A stretch of DNA of 61,910 nucleotides, the filler included, from Catajapyx aquilonaris (taxonomy: Eukaryota), in NCBI GenBank assembly GCA_000934665.2. It is 2 parts of 2 records of this genome, joined end to end, with 100 filler letters (N's around TTAATTAATTAA, not from the genome) between each part and the next. Parts side by side here need not be neighbours in the genome. Positions count along the whole stretch, not along the records: positions 1 to 30,909 come from JYFJ02004610.1; 1 more part is not named here. The stretch is one strand, 5' to 3'. Positions 1-12,300 of this stretch are shown here, piece by piece; the stretch's first letter is position 1; the number at the start of each line of letters is the position of its first letter. A program made the position numbers and the translations under genes. The notes under the pieces are model-generated. The model was not told the origin of the DNA and did no database searches. It saw only the letters and a list, made by a program, of their open reading frames with translations.

Positions 1-563
1 CACGATCCTTTGACATGCAGTTTCGACAAATTTCTAGTCACATGTGATATCAGAGATATTGTAGAGTTTATGTGATCCTAAATTTTGTTTGTAGGGCAAA
101 GTAAACTTTGTATGTTGAAACTCTAGCATGCTACTGAGAATAGGTGTGTTACAATGACCTGAGTAACATTGCTCTGTAACAGTTATCAAGATATCTCATT
201 TTTATAAGATTGTATTCCATGGTTAAAGCATGCCTTGACATTGTAATTAACTTGTAATATGCTGATAAAGATCTTTTGTGAATGAGTTGCCCTTATTAAA
301 ATCCTCAAGATGAAATTCTAATGAGTTCTTTAACAAGCCACAAAAATGGTCTAAGTGTAAGAGACGTGCTGGACCAAACTTGGGAAGGATATTTTTGCTG
401 CCTTGGTTACAGCACAAAATATGATCTGATTCAAAGTACCTTTGACCTGCTTCTGCACTAGAAAAATCTCCCATCGAAGGTGTATAGCTTGATTGTAATT
501 AGTTCTTCAAAACTGCTGCATGTGAATGGTTTTTAATATACTTTTCCCATTTTTTCTGTGGAG

Positions 564-3500
564 GTCCCTTCACAGAAGCTGTGACATCTTATATGAAGCT
601 GACAAACCCAACAGACAAGAGGGTATGCTTCAAAATCAAAACAACAGCCCCAAAGAAGTATTGTGTGAGGCCTAACTCGGGAGTCCTGGAACCTAAAGCC
701 TTTGTGGATGTTGCAGGTAGGATCTGAATATCCACGTGTTGTAGGATGATGCGACTTCCTCTAACAACCGAATTGTGCATTGCAGTGAGCCTCCAGCCAT
801 TTGATTACGATCCTAATGAAAGGAACAAGCACAAGTTCATGGTACAAACCATGTTTGCACCCGATGGAGACCTCAATATGGACACTCTGGTGAGTACATT
901 TTCTGAGACTGGTGAAGTGTAGAAGATTAAGATTATGGTCCAGCCATGGACCATAATCTTAATAGTAAAAGGAAAGTGGGGAATTCAGTGAGTCTTATAA
1001 TAATGTTGACAGGTATTAATTCTTATGAGGTTATGAGCTTCACTTTCCTTGCATGATAGTCTTTTCCTATACATACTTTTGGAGAAGGGTGAATAGTATC
1101 ATGAGGTTTGCTTGAATTGTTGGCTAGAAAGAGGATTTATGATCTGTATGCTGTATTTATAAGCAGACCTGCTTTTTATACATAAATTTGAACTGGAAAT
1201 TAAGGAAGGAGTGTGTATGGACCACCAAACTCTCATGAGTTGGTAACTTGAAAGAAATATCAGAGATAGTGGAGCAAACCATGAGAAGTTGCATTACATT
1301 AGCTGCTTTGAGATTAGTGGCATTTATGGTGTGCCAACAGCTTTTGCGCTGAGAGTTTTCTCCTGCAAAGTAGTCCGGTTTCTGTGTCGTTTTGCACTTC
1401 TCGCACATTTTTTTTCAGACCCGACTACCAAAAATCCGTAAAATTGGCAACAACTGGCCCATCTTTAAAGGGATAATAACAAAACTGCATGATTGATGCT
1501 AAAAATTTAGGGACTCGGAATGTAGGAGAGAATGAATAATATGGAATTGTCTTTCCTGTCTTTCAGTGGAAAGACGTGAACCAGGACATGCTGATGGACT
1601 CAAAGCTGAAGTGTTTGTTTGAAGTTCCTCTGGAAGCAGGTGTGACCCAGCAGAACAACCTGGATGTAAGCGCAGCCACCGCTGGAGAAGAGAAGAAGCG
1701 CATAGCTACAGAAACCAAGGCTTCTCCCAAGGCTCGTGGAAATTCCTTCTTCTCCAACATCCAATACCTACTGCCTGTTGTGCTTGGTGTCTTACTGTAT
1801 GCTGCATTTGACTGCCTCATGAACATGCTTATTAACTCTCCCTGAACCCAATAAATCCCATCCCATTTGGTGTTTCATGTTTGTCTTGGAACTTATTTAC
1901 TTTGTGTAGATGTCTTTTGTCTATGTTCTGTGGGTGAGTGTTTTTTAAAGTCCAACTGAAATGTTTTGTTTTTAATTTTTGTCATGCATCGAGAATAATG
2001 CACAAACTTGAATCTTATCTGGAAAAAATTGTTTGTTAATAATTTCTAAACATCAGGAAGTTTCAACCACCTCTAACTCCCCATTTGAAAGTCAGTTCCA
2101 TGGTTTAATATTTTGTTACCGTCTTATCCACTACGTTTATTGTGAATTTAAATAAATGGGACTTCTCATTGGCATTAGTGGGATTAATGTCAGTTTAAAT
2201 ATTCGGTATTACCATCCATCAACCAAATTAGAGTCCGTATTTATTAAAGATGCCTTGAAAGTTGAAAACAATGAAGATTTTAAGGAGACCACTCTTTGTG
2301 TTCTCTCTCTCCTAAGTTGGTTGATGTTCCTTGTAGTTAATGTTGTACATACTTTTTTTTTAGTCCTGTCCCTTGGGAATGAGTGGAGTGTCTTCCTGCA
2401 ATTCCACCTTTTCTTTTTTTTTTTGTTGGGTGATGCACATTGTTTCACCCTTTTACTGCTTACATTTAAGTTTCTTGCAAGGTGTAAACTGGAAAATTGT
2501 AACATGCATGGCTTTGGTCTGAAGGTGAGGAGCTTGCACTAGGCATGTAGTTTTCACCAATAAGTATTTTAAAGGACTGGTGATGGGTAGGCAAAAATAG
2601 ACAAGTTAAGCTGGTGCACACAAGTTCTGATGGCTGGTTTCCTTTTCCAAAATCCAGTCGACAAATGTGGAGCAGGAATTGAAGAAGGCTGCAGAGGAAG
2701 TGAGGCGCTTGAGGGAGGATGAGAGCTCTCTTCGGCAGGAGAATCTCCAACTTAAGGTGGGCATTGGGGCCTCACTTCTTTTTTTTTTTAAATTGAGGAA
2801 TTAGGTTGGTGAATCTAAATAGGACTTGCAGACTCAGCCAAGTTAGTTGCTAGATTTTTGAAGCAGTGAAAGCTGGCTATGTGCCACATCCATCTCCCTT
2901 CCTGCCACAGCTCAGAAGCAAGCGTGCTGGGATAGATTGTTTGCTTCATTTTCATAACGGAACAGTGGTACCTTGAGTAGATTTGGCTACTCGGGAGTCT
3001 GAATTTATTAGAAGACTCCACACTGGAATTAAGCTGCTTGAAGTTGCATTCACACCACACGCTACTCTGATAACAAGTATCGAAAGGTCTATAATTATGT
3101 TCATTGTGCAGCCCTGGCATAACAGCCGAGTAAGCATTGCATATGTTTCAGTACAAGAGTAGGAAGGGGCATGGCCTAGCATCACTCTATTAGTTTATTC
3201 GGGCTGGCTGGAAAGGCATTGTCACATGCGCTTAGACCATGATATCATTACATTTCACTAGGACATCACTACAGCACTACTTACACTACACTGGCTTATA
3301 ATAGACTTATGCCTGGTTGCACCAACAAAATTACCGGTCCGATAGCTCCTAATGGACAGATAGGTAGACCTTTTAACATGTGCTATCGGTCCGTTAGGAG
3401 CTATCGGACCGGTAATTTTGTTGGTGCAACCAGGCACTAATGTGTGTGGAGTGCAGTGGCATCCTTGCCTGAACTGAGTAAGCTGACCTACGCTAGTGTG

Positions 3501-4834
3501 CACAAAATAAGTTGACTTGCAACATTGTGGAAGTCATAAGGACCAGTAAAAATACTACGTATAGTGCTGAGATATTGGCTGGGCTACTTTATAATCATGC
3601 TTAACTATTTCTCTACAACATGTGTGAGTAAGGAAAAATCCAAGATATGCTGTTCAAGTATTTGTTCATATGAAAGCACTGGTGGAGTAATGAAAACTTG
3701 GTAATTAAGTGACAATAGGAGTTAGAATAGTTCATTTGTAAAAGTGAATGACAGCTATTCATACTACAAAACACGCTTGACTTTAATGACGTGGAAATAA
3801 GGTCGACACCAGTTCATTTAGTGTGGCCCTTAATCCCTTGTATACAAAATCTGTGGACACTTGGTGTCAGACATGAACAGTTGTGGGTCCGGCTTGGGCT
3901 CACAGCCATGCCACAGTGTTTTGCGGACCAATATCTGGTCTGGTTGGGTAAAACGTAGCTAATAAACTAAAAATGGAGATTTACATTCAGTGGGCTGCTT
4001 TAGTAATTTGCCCATCACCTTAGTTTTAACTGTAGGTGAGTTAACCCTGTCTCATGTTTCCCATGAAAGTATTCTCAACAAATTGCTCAAGTCTATGAGG
4101 TTTATCCATCAATGCAGCCAGTGTGTAAAGGGTCACAAAAGTGGGAAATTCTGGATATGGTGCAGGGAAAAACCCTTCACCTACCTACTTCCATTGCTCA
4201 GGACATCACTCACCCACTCATATGGTGAAACCTGCATGTAGCAGAATCATTGTGTTTTGTAATGACATTATACAAGACACAAATTTCTGCCATATTGAGG
4301 AACACTTTACTAGTAGACAAAATAATATACGGCTCATTACAATGTACTGTATTCTCCCAATTCACGTCTGTGCGCTTCTTGAATGCCAAATTTGCTCAGG
4401 CCTTCCTAGGAAGGGACAAATATTTGTGAATAATGGTTGCACTAAGCACTGCAAAAACATTGTTTCAGGGACACAGACCTTTTGTGCTACCTGTATATTT
4501 TCAACTGAAATCACCATCTTGCATGGAAGTTCATTTTTCTTTCTCCACTGCTATAGTAATGTATCCTGAAATGTCTGTGGTTTCCTTGCTTGCATACTGT
4601 TTCTCTTATTTCGTTCTTGATTAACCCCTACTCGCAACTAAAAATTCCATTATGTTTTTCAAGGAGGAGGTCCTGCGAGCACGCCGCCAGGGAGCAATGG
4701 AGGGCAGTCAGGCTCGTCCCCACATGCCTCCTCCTCCCAACACCGAGGTAACCCCAACGGGAGGACTACTGTGGTGGGCGATGTTTGCGGTAGTCTTGCT
4801 GATTGGAGTGCTTCTTGGGAAGTACATGATGTAA
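564..4834 (+). CDS. VAP: VAMP-associated protein (VAP/Vap33), MSP + coiled coil + C-terminal TM; 5' exon upstream of window
   Basis: Exons 564-716 ([43 protein letters not shown] signature [16 protein letters not shown]), 786-889 ([25 protein letters not shown]), 1567-~1665 ([19 protein letters not shown]; phase-0 donor GAT|gtaagc at 1666, exact donor uncertain), 2658-2756 (coiled coil [33 protein letters not shown]), 4664-4834 ([24 protein letters not shown], GxxxG). Splice phases are consistent. Confidence 0.96.
926..963. repeat. perfect 17-bp hairpin in VAP intron
   Basis: ATTAAGATTATGGTCCA-gcca-TGGACCATAATCTTAAT. Confidence 0.85.
1567..1845 (+). CDS. VAP: alternative extended terminal exon of VAP with a second TM tail
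   Basis: The frame stays open past the donor to TGA at 1843-1845, encoding the hydrophobic segment [29 protein letters not shown] follows at ~1850. Confidence 0.6.
   Translation, partial: WKDVNQDMLMDSKLKCLFEVPLEAGVTQQNNLDVSAATAGEEKKRIATETKASPKARGNSFFSNIQYLLPVVLGVLLYAAFDCLMNMLINSP
3310..3436. mobile_element. fold-back MITE-like element in VAP intron
   Basis: ~54-bp near-perfect inverted arms TGCCTGGTTGCACCAACAAAATTACCGGTCCGATAGCTCCTAA...; termini resemble the 44767-44917 element; TSD unclear. Confidence 0.75.
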
Positions 4835-7800
4835 AAACCAGAGTGGGCACTGTCAGCTGCCACGAGCTACTGCAGCTCAGGAAAGGAATTGAAAAAAGAA
4901 GGCAAGCGCAAATCCTCTCACTCCCTTTGTCATGCCCAACCCTTTTAGGCCTTATCCACTGCAGCCGAGTATTAGAGCTTTAGTGACCTGGATTGGCGCT
5001 CAATTGATTTGGGTAAACATTTAATATATTCACTTCAAGCAGTGCAAAACAATTCAGAGAAAAGTAATTTTGAAATTTCCACACATGACATGTGTCAGTG
5101 CCATGGTGCCATTTTAAATAGACTGTGGAAAAAGTCGAAATGCATGTATCGAGGCAGAGTGTGGCTTATTTAGAAATGTGGGTTGGGCGGCACATAGTGG
5201 AAGGATCGGAGCTGCCCCATACCAATGAAAGTTTATGTTGACTTGCATAAGGCTACTTTTGAATAGAGTGCTGTAGTGGACATGGCCTATGTCCTGTTAT
5301 TTTCTGATCATGTAGTTTTATTTCGTGTTCCTAAAATGCTATATCCCTTCCTTACGTCCGTTGTTGCCTCCTGTTTGTCATTGGTAAAATGGCATTAAAG
5401 ATGAGCTTTAAGAAAACCTCTTGTTTTTTTTTTCAGGGAGCTCAGCCCAATTTGGACTGGGAAGATGGTTATTTTAATTCAAATCACCGGATTATAATTG
5501 TTTATAAACCTTCCCCCCACTTGTGACATAGTCAGGGATGGAGTTGAATGCTTTTTTTCTCTTATTTGTGAGTAGGAAGTTGGAAAGAGGGGGAGGGTTC
5601 TGAGATGATTGTATGGAAAGGTGTTGGAGTCAGGAAATACAGTAAAACACTACAAAAAGAAGCACACTGTATATACAGACCAGTACATAGCAACACATTT
5701 TGGGGGACATTGTACAGTCATATTACATAGTTATTGTTAACCTTTCTCCCCCTTTCGTATATGGAGGAACCTGTTGGGATGGTTGACAGAGTATCCAGAG
5801 CAAAAAAAAATTTAAACAAATTATAACCTAGTAAATTAATTGTGATTAACACTTCAAAATTATCTTGGATCAGGCATATGTCTTGATTTTTTTAAAACGA
5901 ATAAGTGTGCGTCTGAGAGTGTGTGTATGTGTGTGTGAGATGTGCTCTGTCCTTAGCTTGCTGCCTGGCTTTTTTAAACAGTTTGTATCTCATTGGTTGT
6001 GAAGTCAATGAAGCATTTTGGTCTTGAAACAAGTGGAAAATAATTGGACAGTGTCAGTGCACCTTCTTCCTCTCCCCCTGATATTTTCACATGACAAGGG
6101 GGCATGTATTGTAAGTGATGTAAATACTGAAAAGATTATGGTCTGCCCAATCAACCTCACTTTTGAATTAGTCACCTGCTGAGAAATATTCTTTTCACTA
6201 CTCCTCCCACTCATCTCAACAGCACATGCATGTGTACAGTGCATGCAGCTGAAAAAAGAAAGGCATTTACTGCCAGTGTTTACTGAGAGAAAAGTGCCAT
6301 TTGCCATGACAATTCATGTGTTTATTGGTCATTGTAAATACAGCATGATGGGGAAAAAAGCTACAGAGCTAATTGTTCATAGTACTTGGTAGCAATGTAT
6401 AAATAAGTCACTGGGCTATGGCTTTAGGTGTTTTTCAAAAGACTGTTTATGCCTAGGAGTGTCCTCCTAGGTTTACACAGACTGTATTTTTAATTTGAAG
6501 ATAGGCCACCTTCACAAGCCTGTGCGATTAAGCCTGGCCAAATAATTCGGTGTTGACCCTTTTTTTGCTCTGTTGTACTATGTGAATCCTCCTAACATAT
6601 GACTTGTTGCTACATATTTGGTTCTTCTCCCACCATTTGCTGTGTCCAAATTTGAAAATAACCCCATTCATTTTAAGTTTCTTGTAGACTTTTCTTTTTC
6701 TTGCACGCTCAAAGATTCTCCTGCCGTTTCAAGTAGATTGCCATGTTTGGAGCCTAGGCAAGTAGCAAATGGGTGAGAGAAGCAAGGGGTCTTTTTGAGA
6801 GTTTGAGTTGTTCGGCTATACTTTTATTTCAGGAGCTCCCCCCTTTGTTTCTCCCTCAGCTAGGGAGTTTGGAAACCTTTAACAAGCATGTTTAACTTCT
6901 TTTACCTCCAATGGAGAACACAAGTGAAAAACATGTGACGGTATCTTTCCACAGCACTGTCACAAATTTCTTCTTCCCCCTTTCGTAGTTCTATTTCTTA
7001 TGGGGCAAAAACACGAGTGATTGTTACAAATGATTTGTTAGTGTTGTTGGACTTGTTCCTGCTGCCTCTGAAGGCCCCAGAAGGGAGAGAAAAGAGGAAC
7101 AATAATGGTTTAACTTCCTAAAAACTTGGGAGGCAGCAGTCAGATGAGAAACCCAGACCCTTGTTTTTTGTCAAGTGTAGGGTGCATCATTTCAATACAT
7201 GTGGTCTTTTTTTACACTATTATTTTTGTATTTTTTAGTAGTTGGCCAATTTTTAGGTAATCCTAACAATGTGTTCCTCCTGCTGTCCACTGGTGCATAA
7301 TAACTTGTTGATATCTAAAGAATACAATTTTTTTTCAAGGGGAGGGAACTGAAAGATTGTTTGGAAAAAAATATATATATGTGGATTCTTAAGCAGCTGT
7401 GAGAAATAAGTAACTGGGAGGCATAATTAGTAACATTTCCCAAATAATATTTGCAGCAGGGAAAAACAAAAAGGTCAACTGGCAAAACTTGCAAAGTGTA
7501 CTGTATTTGAAATAAAAACCATTCAGTTGTATGACACCTCCTGATTCAACCACATACTGAGTTATGTGTATTTTGTAATGAATGTCAAACAAGTGGGAGT
7601 CACAATGGCTCCAAGTGCAGGAAGGGTTTGTAAGGTCTACCAGCAGCTGGTCACTTGACTGTTACACTCCCCTCACATCTCAAAATTTAGGAACTGTGAT
7701 GCAAAGAAAGCAATTTCATGAGGTAGGAAGCAACAGTCAACATCATGTCCCCATGCCATTCCTAATTACAGGGTCACCACACACACTCACGACTTGGATG

Positions 7801-9324
7801 GCACTTGGGAGTAACAGTTTCAGTCGGTTTCAGTTTCTAGTGTTGCTTGATTTTCAGTGAATGGAATCGAGTAACAAAGCATTGGGCACTTAAGGCAATG
7901 TTTGGTAGAAGCTGGTCAAGTCATCTTTAAATCTTGGGTTGAAAATCTTGGGAGTAATCTGCGATTGTCACTTCAATCTATATTGCTGGCAAAAATATCT
8001 TTGATATTAAGTCATCACCACGTCATCACAGACATTCACTTGGAATTTGGATGCATTGCACATACACTACTGCCTGATTTTCTTAGCCTGTGACAGCTAT
8101 CTCTGTAGCCTTCTTACACAGCCTGAGGTACTAAATATCAGTTTCGGCCAAGTGAGCCAGGCTTGTTAATGTCCTAATGCAATACAACCTGCAGCACATG
8201 GCTAAGGTAAGCTTGGCTTTGCCTCTTTTTCCCACTACATACATGGCCACAGGTTCGTAGTAGGGAGAAGTGATACTGTAATTTTTCTAAAAACTGGCAG
8301 TGGGCTTCCTGAGCAGTTTTTACACTTCTATGATCATTGTTTTTCTGCATCAGGTAGATAATAAATTATACCCACTGATTCTGATCATGTAACCCAATGC
8401 AACAGTGCAATTCCAGTGTGCTAGGCAAGGTCTTTTAGAACAAAGTGGCATATGCAGTGAATGAGGGTGGGAACAGACATATTAATTTTTCTCCAAGCCA
8501 CATGGGAAAGTGATATGGGATTGTACACTTATGTCATCCTCCAGGTGGGATAGCGGCAGTTTGTAGAGTTTTCACAAGGGTTTTACTGTCATAATGTGAT
8601 GATGCAATGTGTGACACCTACGGGGAGAAATGTGAAAAAATAAGAAAGTCTGGGCTCTCTCTCTCTGTCTCGCCTCCTACCAGAAAGACCTCTCCGACAT
8701 GAAAGATCAGGCCAGTAAATGACATACCACCAGCATAGCTCTGTGCCATGGGAGAAACATAAGCCCCACCACCATGGAAAGGTAGAGGTACCACTGGGGA
8801 AGGGGAGGGGGTGCCCTTGCAGTATCATGCACTTTATTTATTTCATTTTTAAGTTGGACCCCATGAGACCAGTGTCAATGTTGGGGGGTGGAATACCACC
8901 ATATTTCCATTTTTTCTTCGAACTCCGGTGCAGGGAATGAAGGATATTGGGTAAGGATAGGGATTTTTGGGGAGGGGATGTGGGTGCAAGTGCAATGTCT
9001 GGAAAGGGGTCATGTGCTGTTCCCCAGGAGGTTAGGTTGCCAGACACCTCCTTGGTGCAGGTCAGAGACCCTCCTGACACAGGTGAAAGGGAACTCCCAG
9101 GTGGGATCAAACCTGGGACCTTTCACTCAGCAAGCCGAGACGTTTCCATCTCGGCCACCGCACCTCCCCCATTATCATGCAGTTTTGTTGGTGCAACAAT
9201 AATTTCTGTATGAACAACCTTTATTATCCAATTCACAATTCCACCTGAGGTTCACCATTTACAATCCTCTTCGATACCGTGAAAACACAAGCAGCAAATA
9301 CAAATAATGGGCAGGGCATATTGA

Positions 9325-12300
9325 TCACAGTTGAAAAGTTGAGGTGGTGGAATTGATGGCACTGTAGATGAAGGTGTTGTCCAAAGGAACATACTGCCTC
9401 GTGATCAACTTGATCACCTCATGAGCTGCGCAACCACCTGGTGGAGAGAAGCATAGTGTTTATGACATTTTAATTACAATAATTCCAACTTACCAATGAA
9501 AGCTGCTACAGAATGGACTTCAGCAGCTCCATATCTGCAGAATTCATGCACATAATCATCTTTGGCAAGAGGTGATGAACATCCCCATTCACTCAGGAGT
9601 CGTGAGATGCAAGCCTGCAAATGAAATCAATTTCATATTTTCTCCAAAGCCACACCAAAAACTTACCTTCAACTTGGATACATCTGGTTCAACGTGTTCT
9701 TCAAATTCTCCTGGGTATGTGTTGTATTCAGAGTAGAAACGCTCAACACCCCGCAGCATAACATAGTACACAATGTTGCTGTCTGGATTCTCTATATTTT
9801 GAGCTGTAAATAATTTAGAAATAGAATCATGCAGGACACTGACATGTATCCCAGGTTCATACTTATGTCAGGTGGCATTTTTGGTTCATACTCCTCAGCC
9901 ACAGACCTCCCCCATATGACCCTCAGGTGGTGGGCATGGCGACAGAAATTGCGCACCTCAGCCTCACTGATGGACTCTTGGGACTGTCCTGTCTGGCTCA
10001 ACAACTGCTGAACCCACCGGTACACCACTTCAGAATCCTTAGCTGCCTGTTCCCTATATCTACCCCCAAAAGCCAAGATGTAATATTTACACTTATGTTT
10101 TTTGCATCTTGGAATATTCTAAGATCTAAGCCTAAGAAATGTCACATTTTCCACCCATAAATGGCTTTGCAAGCTCTAGTGTAGAGCAGAATAACAAGGT
10201 ATGGTCAAGGATAATATTGGAAAATAAAATGCTATTCACGGACATGTAATATTGATCCAGCACAGAAATTACTGCAATAAAAGTGACGGGAGTTAAGAAT
10301 TACACTCACATGTTCTGGAGGGCGATGTACTTTTCTGAATCTGCAGTCATGTCTGGAATGGTTCCTCGAACAGGCACTGCTCCTTGCCCTTCGTTTTCCA
10401 CAAACTCCTTTAGGGCACGAACCATTATCCAAAAGTGGCTGCTCTACAAATCCAAATAATCACATATTATATTCAGATGTCCATAGTCTAGGTGGGAACA
10501 TGACATGACAGCCACTGTGGGTCACCCTTCAGGAAGCCAACCTGCTGGTTTACAAGGTTACAGGAAGGCAAGTTGTCTTGGATCGGGATTTATTAGCAAT
10601 GACCAGTTAGGCGTAATTATGACCTGCTCATACCACTACTTCTTTGTGCAAAACTCATTTCGCCCAACTCACTGAAGAAGTGGCACAGCAGACGCCTGTT
10701 GGCTTGGGAGTTTTCAACTGCATTTATCTTGCAAACTTTTGGGCATCACGTTTTCTCCCTTTGCTAAATAAGGGTTCATAACCAAGGCCTATCTACACAA
10801 GCAGAATTACTGAAATCCCGTAAGACCATGTCATGACCTACACTTGTGAGTAGCATGTATGACTGGAAGTGAGGTGAAAAAAAAAAGAAAATACGGGTTC
10901 AAAGTATACCTGTGCAGTTAGATTCAAGCAGGAAGTGTGCCCAAAAATATCCCTTGTGGTTGCAGGGACTTTGGTTGGATTTAGAACAGTGTTGATGGCC
11001 TTGATGGCCTCCTGGAAATTCTCCTCGTCTTCCAGCCCTCCATTTTCCTTTTTCCTTATCCAACCCTCCAACAGCCTCCGGAACTCTTGCCTCTCCTTGT
11101 AATTAGAAGGGAGGGGAGTGGGATGTGTCTCTCCCCATTTCTGGAGAGCCTGATAGATTAGCACAGGGTAGGGCACATGTGAGTGGTCCTTCAGGCTCAT
11201 CTTCTCCAAACTGAAGGAACTAAGAAACTCCTTCAATGCAGGGAAGGGACACTCCAGTCGAAGGTCAGGAAGATCTGCTTCCGGATGGGCCTCCACTACC
11301 CAGTGAAACTCCCCTCCTGTCTGGACTCGGACACTGCCAACCAGACCATAACTGCGAATCACCACTAGTGGGACCTTGGCTTCCCACAAATGCCTTGAGA
11401 GCTGCACAAGAGTCCTACAAAAAAAAAAATATTTTATAAGAATTTTAAAATCTTATCAACACTCACACAGGCTTCAACACACTTCAATACAAATGCATGC
11501 TGCATTCAAAGGCAAAAATTCTCACACACTGGATCCCACAAAGCATAGCGTAGTGAAACAAACCTCCATACTATCTTTCAATGTACGTAGTATACAGAAA
11601 ACCTTCACATTTTTATTCAGGCTACCATATGCTAACGCAAGAAAAAAAGGAAAGAGTTCTCAAAGCCATTTGCATCCAAACAAAGTGATGCAAGGTGCTT
11701 GTTACAGCATTACTTACGTAATTATGAGTTACTAAACTTGCCATAGCTATACCAGTCCCTCGTGGTACTTGAGAATTCTCCTCATCCTCCCCTCCCAACA
11801 CTATACTTTTAGCCAGTGAACAGATGAAGGAGACATAACACTGACCTTTCAGAAAGACCATTCGCAATGACAACTGTGAAGTTGTTAAAGAAATCTGGAC
11901 TATTTTGAAGCAGAACTTGTGGATCCTCATCCACAAAGTCCCCACGAACATCCTGGTTGAGTTCCGTCAGAAGCTGAGTGGTAGCTTGGGCTCGAGGTTT
12001 CCCAATCCAGTCTTGCTCCAGAAAGAAGCTGCACAACAGTCAAAGCAACACACTATAGCAACAGTTTTCAGGATAATATAATCGACAACACAATAATTAA
12101 ATGGAAAAATCATCCAGGAATTTACATCAATGTTACCTTGTAACACAAGCAATTTGACATAGTAATACTGTATTACAGAACAAGATACTGGTAAGTCTCA
12201 GCAGATATTTGCCTTTATTAGAACCTCACTAGGCCTCCAGCTGGTAACAACTCTGGTATTTGTGTCATTTTTAGTTACAGCTTACATTAAATCATCTCCA

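Noticed and set aside
8589..9213. Overlapping short ORFs between VAP and NAE1
   Set aside because: No coherent exon chain or homology; probably UTR or intergenic.
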